A stretch of DNA of 64,000 bases from Octopus vulgaris (Eukaryota): the NCBI GenBank assembly GCA_951406725.2, contig OX597826.1, positions 80,538,001 to 80,602,000 on the forward strand, in the 5' to 3' direction. The notes beneath the pieces were generated by a model. The model was not told where the DNA came from, made no database searches, and was given only the letters and a program-made list of their open reading frames with translations. A program made the translations under genes and the position numbers. Of this stretch, positions 14,528 through 28,100 are shown piece after piece. The first letter of the stretch is position 1. Every line of letters begins with the position of its first letter.

Positions 14528-15785
14528 CACAGTTTATATAGTTACCTTACATTTGAATATTAATTGTAATGTTCAACATTCTTTGTATAGGTAACTAACC
14601 AGTACTTTCATAGGAGTTTGCTATCCATCAATGAGGATTGTAACTTATATATATATAAACGCTAGGGAAGAAAGCAATCCTGGCCAACCCAATAATGCAA
14701 TAAATTTGACTCTGCTCAATGTATTCAGTCAGTCTTTGCATTAGTAAATGTTTTCACAACTTTATGACTTGACAACCCCAAGAATTAACACAGCAGAAAC
14801 AAACTAGAGGATTTTCTTTTTTTTTAATGCATGCAAATTACTAATTCTTCTACCTTGGACAATGTGATGGTTTGAGAAAGAAAATATTAATAACGGTTGG
14901 TAATTATATATACAAATCCTAAACTACTTTACTTACCACTGGTATCTGAAATAGAAAAATTATTTAGTTTTAAATAACTCTGTTGATTCTTGTGAAGTTT
15001 TAGTTGTCATACAATAGATGTATTCCTGACTTGTAATACTGATATTATAAATATGCTCTCAGGAAACTACCAAATCTGTTCTGCAATAACTCCTTCCTTA
15101 TTTAACCCTTTTGCATTCGAATTATTCTGTCAAATGTAAAACTTCTTCATTCCTCAATTAATCATTAATCATCTCATGGCTCTGAGATTTCGATGATGTA
15201 ATTGTTTAATTTTAGAATGACATTGTAGATTAGGTGTGAGAGGCCAAATTTGGCTAGCTTTAGAATATTTAAGGCCAATATGGACCGTTTCAATGCTAAA
15301 AGGTTAAATCAAAGAAGATCCATGAAGGAGATCAATGAATAGGTGGTGTTCCTATTAGAAGTACTTTTCTCTCACAAAAGGAATTGCAATTCAACACTGT
15401 AACTAACAGATCACTCATCGATCCAGGTCGCATCTTACTACTTGGTCAAACAGTGAGCTATAGGACTCATCATACCTTATTAAGGCCAGGCAAACTTAAC
15501 CATTACGTGTCCATCAGTGTCTTGCTTTCAGAATGCATATCTTGTCCATAACTGGATACAGTTGAAAACTTCTCAGCTAGCTGACCAGTACCATAAATGC
15601 AGCAGTTGCTGCTGCTGTTCTCACTCACATGTAAACTAAATGTAAACTTTTAAACACAATTTAATACAATTTTCTAAATATCTGAAAACAATCCCCAACT
15701 CTAGAGAGATGTTTTCACTATTTTCAGTCTTGAGCAGTATATACACACACATACACAGATAGATATTTACATAGAAACACACACA

Positions 15786-15853
<68 letters not shown>

Positions 15854-17579
15854 TAGGTAGTCACAAAACAGTCTCATTATTACTACTGAAGTGATAGATC
15901 AAACTGCCATAGAAAAAACGCTTTTACAGAGATGAAGGGACTTGCTTAAGGCTAAATGATACACATGTTGTGGTCTACATAGAACAATCGATATAGGTGC
16001 ACCATTCCTCTTACAGCAATGGAAGTGCAGTTGAAAAGGTAGAGAATTACAAATTTACTGGTTCTCACATCAAAGGGAATGATTCATGGCCCAACAGCAT
16101 TACATCTGTAACAATCTTTAGGATGAAAGAGCAGTCTGATCTGTTTTTCTAGGAGCTTTCAGGAGGTGAGAAGGAAATGGCTATGAACTTTCCAAGCTCT
16201 CCTCCGATATTCATGCAACTTAGTTTCAATGCAAGTATTGTCAGGATGCCTGCAACTGAATGAACTCAACTAAAGGCCCTCCAGGGGCCGGATAGTCTTC
16301 CATGTTTGCAGCAAGCAAAGAAACTTACTGGAAATATTACAGGACTTCACTTTCTATAAGACCTACATTATTTGCAGAGAACTCTCAAAATGATCAGACA
16401 TTACACAAACCAAACTGTGGCCAGAGAAGTTCTACATTGAAAAAAGAGCAAATATTTTTGTAATGTGTTGCTTTGGGATTTACAACACAAATCTATGGAT
16501 TTGTGTTGCAAGATTCCTGATGTGAAACCATGTGTTGAAACAGACATTGTTGTATTTTGGGATAATCATTTATTTTTTTTTTTTTTTTTCATTTTTTGCA
16601 AAATAAACATAAGCACTATACGTTTGTTTTTTGTTTCTTTCACTTGTTCATTACTGTTGTTATTCTAACTCAAGTCCATTGTCCGGAAATATTTTGCTAT
16701 GCGTCTGTGACCACTTCAGTGCCATTTTCTGTCCTCATGTGTGCTCTAAGCAGAGCACACACAACAATGGAAAGTATTGCTGAAGAGGTCACAGATGTGT
16801 GATGAAAGTTCTCCGGACAATGGACATGAGTTAGAATAAGAACAGTAATAAATAAACAAGTGAAAAACGAATATATATTGCATGTGTTTATTTGACAAAG
16901 AAAAAAAAATATGAACATCCTGAAATACAACAATCATCATCATCATCATCGTCGTTTAACGTCCGTTCTCCATGCTAGCATGGGTTGGACGGTTCGACCG
17001 GGGTTCTGGGAAGCCAGAAGGCTGCACCAGGCTCCAGTCTAATCTGGCAATGTTTCTACAGCTGGATGCCCTTCCTAACGCCAATATATATATGTATATA
17101 TATATATATGTATATATATATATGTATATATATATATATTAATGTTTGTTTTTATGTTCAGTTATAATGGTTTCAAATTTTGGCACAAGGCCAGCAATTT
17201 CAGGGGAGCATGTTGGTCGATTGCATTGACCCCAGTGATCAACTGGTACTGATTTTATCGACCCTGAAAGGATGAAAGGCAAAGCCAGCCTCAGCAGAAT
17301 TTGAACTCCGAATATAAAGACACATAAATTGTCACTAAGCATTTGGCCCAGGGTGCTAACCACTCTGCTGCCAAACAACAATGTGTTCAGTTATAATAAA
17401 AGCAATTTTACATTAATCCAAAGGCTTATTCTGTACTTTTGTAGAGTACAAATTTATTATTCTCAAACAAGAATGTTGTTGACAGTGACTTCGAAATTTT
17501 GGCCAGATAAGCCACCACCGGATTGATGATGGCTTAACTGGCCAAAACTTCAAAGTCACTGTCAACAACATTCTTCTTT

Positions 17580-17623
<44 letters not shown>

Positions 17624-18894
17624 TAATTTAATATCATCTGGATAATAACCATATAGCATGCTTTCCAAAGCTCCTCCACAGATATCGGCTATCAAATGCT
17701 ATCATACAGCAAGAATTCTCCTTTTACTGGATACACATGGGGACAATCCATTAATATCAACAGAATTCATACAAGATAATTTTAATACAAGAAAATGGAA
17801 TGAACAGGCTATTTAATCTAAGTCAATACAATTGTCTCTGTGCATTAGTAATTAGCTGGTAATTGGTGAGTGCTTCACATATTACACACACTATTGCACT
17901 AATGTGAACCAACAATAACTGTATAACGGCCAGTCTTGAAGCAGGTACACAGATCAGGTTCAAGACACTGCTCTCTCTTATTTATATATATCATCATCAT
18001 CATCATTTAACGTCCGCTTCCCATGCTAGCATGGGTTGGACGATTTGACTGAGGCCTGGCGAACCAGATGGCTGCACTAGGCCCCAATTTTGATCTGGCA
18101 GAGTTTCTACAGCTGGATGCCCTTCCTAATGGAAACCTAGTAATTGATTTATATTTACTTATTACCGTTGTTATTGTTTCTGATTCTTCAACTTAAAAGA
18201 CAGCCTGATAATAAATGAGACTAATCAACTCTAATGAATTTTAATTTAGCTGAATAAAAGCAGAGGGAGTAGACACAACACTGTCATTCTGTGGGGAAAT
18301 TTAAATCCCCAAATTCACAAGCAAAGCATTATTTCTATTACTTTTTCAATATCGTTGCTGCTGTTATGTGTTTCTATATCAGCCTTGGACTTTTGTAATA
18401 TTTCATTATAACAGACTGGTTCCGCATAAAAAGCACCTTATAGGCCTTGTGAAGTGGTTGGTGATAGGAAGGGCACCCAGTCACAGAAACCATGCCAAAT
18501 CAGACTGGAACCTTCAGCTTCTTGCCAGATCTGGTCAAACAGTCCAACCCATGCCAGCATGGAAAACAGACATTAAATGATGCTGATATAAATTCTAACT
18601 TAAATTATCCTACAAATCAAACAAAACAAGAAAGAAAAAAGAAAACAAAGGTAAAAGAAATAGAAAAATAAAAGCAGGATCTAATCCACTCAGAGCACTT
18701 TCTTGTATTTGAGGTTAAGTCAACCAGATGCAACTCAACACTTTTAGATGGGCCTAAAAGCTAACAGCCATCAATTAGCAGTGCTCCAACTGTTGACATC
18801 TATAAATTTTCCATTCACAGACAGACACAAAACAAAATTGACTCACCAATAATACATCATCCAATACACTAGAAGCAACTGCATACCACCACCA

Positions 18895-18935
<41 letters not shown>

Positions 18936-19803
18936 AACAGCTTCATTAATCAGTTAATTAATAAAAAGAATCTTACATCACACACACACACACTTGCTTT
19001 GAAGGGAAACATTAATGATGCAAGTTGATTAGCTCTATTATCATTCACTGAACAAACATAATAAAGAGGAGAGAGTTATTTCAGTAAAGTTCCAAGATAA
19101 GTCAGTATTGATATATTTACGAAGATGTTATGGACTATTTACGTTGTCAGTCATGGTTTTTGTATAACACAATGTTTCATGGCAAAACAGTTGCTTTGAA
19201 TGGATGAAAGGAAGAGAGGATTTAATTAAGAAGAGAACAACATTATCTATAGAGATAATCGGGTTGGGATGGCAGTGATTGTTGCTATTTATTCACAAGA
19301 CAGCCTTGAATAAGCAGCCCTACGATCAAAGGCATTCCAACTATGACCATCCTGTTTTTATGATGTACATGGAACTACATTGCCCAATGTGTTTGTCCCT
19401 CTTTTGAGACTTGGGTGGTATTTCTAACAGACCAATCACCCACAGAGCAGCTCTCACATCAGTAGTCTTTAATATTTCTCTTAGATATGGCAACAGGTAC
19501 AGGAGGGACCGTGGGCTTAAGGAATTTGCTTCCCAACCACACGGTCCCATTGTATGGTGATAGGTACAAGTATGGCTATGGAGTTAAGGAGTTTCTACTA
19601 TAGGCAGAATGCCTGAATTTTGGTGGGGCGGGAAAGTCAATTACATCGACTCCAGTGTTTCCCTGGTACTTATTTAATCAACCCTGAAAGGATGAAAGGC
19701 AAAGTCAACCTCAGTGGAATTTGAACTCAGAACGTCAAGATGGATACAATGTCACTAAGTGTTTCATCCAGCGTGCTAATGATTCTGCCAGCTCGCCACC
19801 TTG

Positions 19804-19849
<46 letters not shown>

Positions 19850-20565
19850 TATAAAAATAGATAATAATAATAATAAATAATGGTTTTGAATTTTGGCACA
19901 AGGCCAGCAATTTTGGAGAAGAGGGATGAGTCAAATACATCGACCCCAGTCCTCAACTGAAAGGCAATGTCAAACTCAGTGGAATTTGAACTTAGAATTT
20001 AAGGATGGAAAAAATGCCACTGAACATTTTGCCCAGCAACATAACAATTCTGCCTTCTTGCCACCTTAATAATAATCTTTTCTACTCTAGACACAAGGCC
20101 TGAAATTTGCGGGGAGGGAGCCAGTCAATTATATCAACCTCCGTGCACAACTGGTACTTAATTTATTGTCTCCAAAAGGATGAAAGGCAAATTCAACCTC
20201 GGTGGAATTTGAACTCAGAACATAAAAACAGATGAAATACCGCGAAGCATTTCGCCTGGTGTGCTAATGATTCTGCCAGCTCACTGCCATAATAATAATA
20301 ATAATAATTGTTACTAACATAACAAGTTTCTAACATGTAAAGGAGGATTATAATAAGGCTAAGTAACTATGATTTTATACAACCAGCAACTCATTGTTCT
20401 GGGGTCACATTCAATGAAGACATTTCACAATGGTCATTTAACACCACACTCCTTAATATCCTACTCACCTGGAAATTATGGGTGTTGTTTCCCATTTGGC
20501 ACTCTCATTGCAGGTTTGTGAAATTTAAGGGAATGTGTGCAGGTGTGTGTATGTGCATGTGTGTG

Positions 20566-20596
<31 letters not shown>

Positions 20597-20799
20597 TTAC
20601 AGTTGCAGTATAGGCATGATCAGCAAAAAACATACTCCATCCAGTGAGAGAAGCATAATTTAATATACACAATTACAAAAAAAGCAGGAATAGTTTCATG
20701 CTTTAAGATACATTAAATTGGCAGATTTATATAACATGCCATATACTTCCAATTTAATGTAACTATTAATAGCTCTTTTGTAATAATGTATATTGAATC

Positions 20800-20834
<35 letters not shown>

Positions 20835-20864
20835 GACTAAATACTTGTTGAGGAAAAGAGGTAT

Positions 20865-20909
<45 letters not shown>

Positions 20910-22745
20910 TAAATACTTGTTGAGGAAGAGGGGTATATTATATATATATATATATAATGTGCTTGTGCATAAAACAAACATATAAAGGAAATTTTGAAAA
21001 GTGGACTTAAAATTTGTTCACCAGGAACTTTCTTAAAGATTCAAAGACTTATTCTGTAATATTACTGCTAATTAGTAACACAGGAAGCTACTAGTAATGA
21101 TGTGGATTTTTTTTTTTTTTTTTATGCTGGTGAGCTGATAGAGGAAGTGAATAAAGAGCTTGTGGAAGGAGGAGATAGCTAAAAGAATTTTAGTAATTAA
21201 GTTACCAAAATTAATCGATCTTCTCCGATAATACACTGAAAAGAATATAAAGACAGGTTTCCATGTGATATAAATATACTGATACCAACTTGCCACAATT
21301 TATGATTATTACTGTAATTTTGGTTTAATGGTTTTGTGTTTAGGAAGATAATTGTAATCTTCTCAAACTTGAACCCTAAAACCAAAATACTGCTTAATAA
21401 AAGTGTAATAAGTTAAAATATATTGAAAATTGTTGTAAAAGGTTTAGGCTATGAGTAAATGATAATTAATATTGGATTAAATAAAACAGCAATTTACTGA
21501 ATAGGTAAATAGATTTAACAAAGAGATTTGACGGTGAGAAACAATCTTGAGAAACAACCAATCAGGCTAAACAAAAACAGACAATGAGAGCATGTTTCCT
21601 CTCTAATTTTGGATTTCAAGTCAAAATTCTTCTATAGTTGAGGTTATATCTTTACACGTTTATTAACATAATTTATGTTAATTTATCTCTGCAATGCAAT
21701 AATTGATATAAAAAGGCAATTGTTTCCCAAAGGGTGAAATATTTGGAAACATACTTATAATCAAATACAACATTTCCCAGTGGATGCATGCATATTAAAA
21801 TCAACAACACATGCATGCACACGCACGCACACACACACACACACACTAACACACGCACGCACTAACACACACACACATAAACCTAAGGAAGTGTGTGTGC
21901 ACACATTCATGGAAAATTGAGCAACATCATTCACAGAAGCAAAAAACTAAATTTGCAGTTAAAAAGTCATAAGAAAAAACAAAAATGAATAAAAAGGCAT
22001 CTAATGTAATGGTCAATTTCTAAAAAAGTCTCCTGTTAGGAGATACAAAATGAAAGCTGCAGAAGTAAGCAAAAGTGTAGAGCAGGATGGGGGTATGTGT
22101 GGGTTTCTCTCTGTGTGTGTGTGTGTGTATGTGTGTGTGTGTGTGTGTGTGTGTCACATAGATAGATATGTCTCCCAATGTAAAGCTTCAGTAAGTTCTC
22201 ACCAGAAGGGATAACTACAATATTTTTGCAGCCAACATTAGAAATGGCTTCTTCCGCATCTTTGTACTTTGTTACGTATTTTCATACAAATCTAATTGTC
22301 AGTCCTACATCACAAGACGGTTTATTCAGGATCCACAGCTACCATCATTCAGTATGAAAAAACCAACAACAACAACAACAACACAAATACGTGTGTGTAT
22401 GTATGTGTATATGTGTGTCTATACACGTCTATGAATATTACATATATTTGTGGACCCGTGGAAAACGAACCCCCACCAACTGTTCTGCCGATATATCTGT
22501 TCACACCTTACAATGCCGTGTTTGCCATAAGGTCTGCAAATCTAACGGAGGCCTCAAAAGACATTTCAAGATCCACAAAGATCAGAACTTAACTGCAGCT
22601 CTTGGTGGCCCAAATCAGATATGCGATCTATGTAAGTATGCATCAAAACACTGTCTGGTTTAAAAAGTCACAGCAGACATCATGGTGGATTTAAGGTGTG
22701 GGTACAAGAAATGGTCAGACTCTTCATAAAGAGTAGAAACCCACC

Positions 22746-22777
<32 letters not shown>

Positions 22778-23362
22778 CACCTTTCAAGCATTGGGTGTCA
22801 TGGAAGCAAAGTGGTTGATGCCAGTGGCATGTGAAAAGCACCTTTTGAGTAAAGGATGCCCTTCCTAATGTCAACCACTCCAAGAGTGTAATGGTGTAAT
22901 GGGTGCTTTGTAAGAGCTACTGGCATGAGGGCCAGTCAGGTGGTACTGGCAACAGCCATGCTCAAATGGTGTTTTTTACGTGCCACCTGCACAGGAGCCA
23001 GTCCAGTGGCACTGGCAACGATCACACTTGGATGGTGCTCTTAGCACTCGACTAGCATGGATGCCAGTCATGCGGTACTGTCATCGAATTTGATTTCAAT
23101 TTCACTTGCCTCAACAGGTCTTTGCAAGCAGAATTTAGTGCCCAATGAAGGAAAGGGTACGCATAAGTGGGCTGGTTACACCACTGGCATAGGCCACGGG
23201 TTGTGGCCTCACTTGGCCTGCCAGGTCTTCTCCAAGAGAGCATATTTCCAAAGGTTAGGGTCACTATTCATTGCCTCGGCGAGGCCTAGTGTTTGAAGGT
23301 CACGCTTCACCACCATATCCCAGGTCTTCCTGGGTCTACCTCTTCCACAGGTTTCCTCAACC

Positions 23363-23447
<85 letters not shown>

Positions 23448-23580
23448 TAAGTTCAAAAGAGAGAAAAAATGATTTCTAATAAAGATTCATTATTTTCATA
23501 AAAAACAGCCAGAGCAAGTAATAAGAAAATTTATACCTATCATGAAATGTTTAAACTCTCCCTCTCTCTCTCTCTCTCTA

Positions 23581-23624
<44 letters not shown>

Positions 23625-23665
23625 TAATATTCACCTAAACAATGATGATGATGATGATATATATA

Positions 23666-23723
<58 letters not shown>

Positions 23724-23785
23724 TATATATATATGTAGTATTTTTAGTATAAGCATTTGCATTCCTTTGAATTAAAAAAAGAATC

Positions 23786-23821
<36 letters not shown>

Positions 23822-25165
23822 ACACACATACCTGTGTGTACACATACACATATATACAAACATATACATGTATATACATACACACAACACACACACACAC
23901 ACATGTGGGTGTGTATAAATATTCACATGCATGTTTATATGTAGAAGCATAGTTCTGCAAAGACACACATCATCCTCATCACCATTTAACATCCATCTTC
24001 CATGATGCTGGCATGGTTTCACAGGGAAACCAGTGAGCTGCAGAGAGCTCCAGTGTCATCCTTGGCATGGCTTCTATGGCTGGATGCCCTTCCTAACTCA
24101 CAACCAGTTTACAGAATGCTCTGGGTCCTTTTTGCATGCCACCAGTGTCCAGTGAGGTTGCCGTGTACCTTGCACGACAGAAGGAGAGAGATGCCAGGAC
24201 TAAGAGGAAGTATTTGGGAGAGGAAGACGGAGGTGGGTGGTTGTGTGCCAGGAGCTGAACGGCCAAAGTACGACAGAGGGACAAGCAGAGGTGCCTTGCT
24301 AGACAAGGGATTCATGGGTGACGGAGATAAGAAAAAGGTAGTGATGGGTGCTGGAGCAAAGCCTCAAGGAACGAGAAAGTGAGGATGGGATGGTGAGTTG
24401 TGGGAGGGAGGGATGAGAGAGTGGATGCTTCGAAGATAATGTAGTGAATGTTGAACAAGGGAGATGGGTGGGGTGATGGAAAATATTAGGTAGAGGGGTA
24501 AGGTGGGAGATATAGGAGTGGGGGCAGGAAGGAGAACAGAACAGAAAATAGTAGAATGGTGTGCAAGGTGTAGGAGCTATGGAGAGGGAGATATAGGGGT
24601 AAATAAGGAGAAATAGGAGGTGGGTCATGATGGTTGATATGGGAGGGCATCAAGGATGATTGCAGATAAGAGAGGTGTTAAGAATGGAGAGAGAGAGAGA
24701 GAGAGCAGTGGGTGAAGTCACAGAAAGGAGGTGATTGGTTGGAATAGTGTGGGCAGGGATGATAAGGAATGGGAGTAGTTCTGGGGAAAAGGGATCGATT
24801 GGGAGGGGAGGTAATATGTGCAATTCTGCTCTCAGGTGAGTACAGTGGTTGCTTGGTACCATAAATGGGGGAGGGATGAGAATAAGGGGGGGGGGGCAAA
24901 GCCTTGATTGTCAGGGAGAAGGGAAAGTGGAGAGGTGCCAGGCCTCGCATGCACAACATATATGTTACACACACACACAGATACACACACACACACACAG
25001 ATACACATGTCTGCAAGAGGTTTATCTTCACAGAGCACAAAGAGTTTCTACAGTTCTCATTCTATGGAAAACAAGAAACAAAATAAAGAAAAGTTTCTAG
25101 TAACAAAGCTAAGAATGGTGAGAGAATATTCATTAAAAAAAAACTGTGTCTGTTGCGTAGATATG

Positions 25166-25198
<33 letters not shown>

Positions 25199-28100
25199 TA
25201 AAGGAAGCAAAAAGAAAAGACTATAAAAAAAGAAATGGGGAAAAAAGGAATAAAAAAAAAAGAGACTGTAGTAAAACAATGGAAAGCATACTGACCTTCA
25301 TCTGATGCCGCTTGTGCAACGCTCTCATCACCAAGGAACATCCGTCGAGCTAGATTACGACGATACCAAGCTTTCGGGAAGGAGAGAATTTCAGAAAGTC
25401 GGCGCATGTCATATTTGAAAGACGCGGAGCCGATATCACATATTGCTATGTAATGGAAGAAAGAAAGGAAATTTGTTGAAACAGGCGAGAATCAGAATTC
25501 TAAGAATAATGGTATCACATAGAAGTAGAAAGAATTCAAAAGAAGGGACATATTGTCCCTTTCACCCTCACATCACCACCACCACCACCCTTGTGTTAGG
25601 ATCAGTGTGATTGTAACCTTAATTCTGAACTTCACCAAAAATAAGTGAGAATACAAGAGTCAAGTAATAATCGTAAGAGATAACAAATAAAGTCCAATAG
25701 AAATTATAAAAAGACTTTTTCTACCAGTTATCTCCAGTTATCACTTGTAAACTTACAATCAGTTAACTTACTGCTAACATATATGGGCATATGGCGTAGT
25801 GGTTAAGAGCACAGGCTACTAACCCCAAGATTCCAAGTTCGATTCCAGTAAGAGACCTGAATAAGAACTCACAGAGTTGTTTAAAAGTTAAAAGTTTTCA
25901 GGTTTTTTCCAGAAATATAATCTAGTATCACACAAAAGACTCCCTTCAGATCAAACTGACAGAAAGAACTCAGCCTGTTTACATTTACGCATTTGTAGGT
26001 GCCATGTGAAAAGCACTTGATGTTGGTGCCACATAAAGATCACCTTTTACACACTGTAAAGTGGTTGGCATCAGGAAGGGCATCCAATGACAGAGACCAT
26101 GCTAAAACAGACAAGGGAGCCTGGTGCAGCCCCCAGCCATAACAGCTTCTGTCAAACAATCCAAACCATGCCAAAATGGAAAATGAACATTAAATGATGG
26201 TGATGATGATGTAACTATGATACAAATCATATTCTTCACATTAAATTTAATTATTCATACATTAACCAAAATATTTACCTGAAAATCTTACACAATTCGA
26301 TTTAATTCCTTCTGAACGGACTCCGCCTGTTGTTGGTGTGGGTTGTGGAGGTTGGCTCATCGTAGAAGAAGAACCGGTGAACATGGGGTCTCCAAGACGT
26401 ACGTCCAGTTTGCGACTCCGTGATATATGTACTTTAATGAATTCAACATTGAGACTAAGGGAATCTTTACGAGTAAATTCAGTGAAAAGATTACCACCAT
26501 GTTCTTGAATGCAACCTGAAATTCAATGAAGAGAAATAATATTATCAATTTAGGTTTGTTTTCTTCCCCATTTCATTTTAAGGATACTATATCAGTTTCT
26601 TAAAAGGTTACAAATTTTTAATGGAGGGAGTTATTTTATCTTCATAACAGAGAATGTAATATTACAGATTTCACAGAATTATACATAAATGAAAATGTAA
26701 TTTTAAAGAAAAATAAATCCATTTCTCAGGACACAAATTTTTAGGGGTATAAGTGAATCCCTCACATATACACACCTCAGTGAAAGCCTTGAATTATCTT
26801 ACCCAGCCCTAAAGATACAGAAGACAAATTTAACTACAGTAAGATTGGAACCCAGAACACAATGGAACAAAACTAAATATTCTTTTCTACTCTAGATACA
26901 AGGGAGGGGGCTAGTCGATTAGATCAATCCCAGAATGCAACAGTATAGAACTTTGCCTTTCATCCTTTTGGATGAAAGGCAAAGTCGACCTCAGCGCAAT
27001 TTGAACTCAGAACATAAAGACAGACGAAATACCACTGAGCATTTCGCCCTGTGTGCTAATGTTTCTGCCAGCTTGCCATCTTGACAAAACTAAATATTGT
27101 CAGACATTAAGCCCAACAGCTCAGTGTACAGCACTGACTGCTTAAAGAAATCAATCCACTTGATCCATGGATGTCTATGTAGAGCAGCGATCAGCCACAA
27201 GTGGGTAGGACTTGGTAACATGTACCATGCTTTCACTAGTTGTTTGCTAGTACTCATGTAGTTGTGAGTAGACATGGGCTCCCTTTTGGCCCCCAAACCC
27301 TTGATCGAGAGAAACACACAAGATATGACAGCTGAAAATAGGGAGAGAGCTGCACCAGCAACTGGCAGGTACTAATTCACAACATGAAATGAAGTGCCTC
27401 ACTCAAAGACAATGCACCACCCAGCCCAGAAACTGAACTCACAACCTTATGAACACAAGCCAAATATTCCTAACCCCAAGGCCATATGCCTTCACATTGC
27501 CTATGTATTACGGTTAATTTTGAAACAATCAAGAATTCGTGGGATTATGTAAAATAAGCAACTTTATCACAAAACTAATTTTTGGAACATACAAAACATT
27601 TCTGAAAAATTATGATGGCAGACAGATTAGAACCAGCATTGGTCTCAAGTGGAATGGCATCAAAATGATTAAACATCATTAACCCTTTAGGGGGGTTCCG
27701 AAACAGGTCTCAGGGAGCAGTGTCCCTGCCTTCCTGAGCTAGTTTTCCACCACATTTCTTAAAAATCATGGAAGCAGCCTTGGGCTCAGGACCACTCATG
27801 TCTAGAAACTGAGGTTGGGAGTAAGCATGCGCCCCATAGAAAATCCAGCTCCAGAAAAGCCTCATGATAGCAAAGGAGAATGGGCACCAGCCAGCCCAAA
27901 GGTTGGGGTGGGCTGCACATGCCTACCTCAGTTGCTATGTCATTGAGGTAGATCTGGCCACCCTTGTTAACGGGGACAAAACCCAGATTTAAAACACTGG
28001 ATGATAATGTCTGGTCAAAATATTCTACCTATTTTATGTTCAAACTGGTTAGGTACAGCCTCTCACACCTACCCTACAATGTCCTTTTAAAAATAAACAA

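Noticed and set aside
18847-20520. Isolated GTGAGT donors at about 18846 and 20468
   Set aside because: No convincing acceptor giving a frame-preserving exon.
25785-25865. Functional tRNA gene
   Set aside because: A and B boxes are present but the cloverleaf stems do not pair; better explained as a SINE head.
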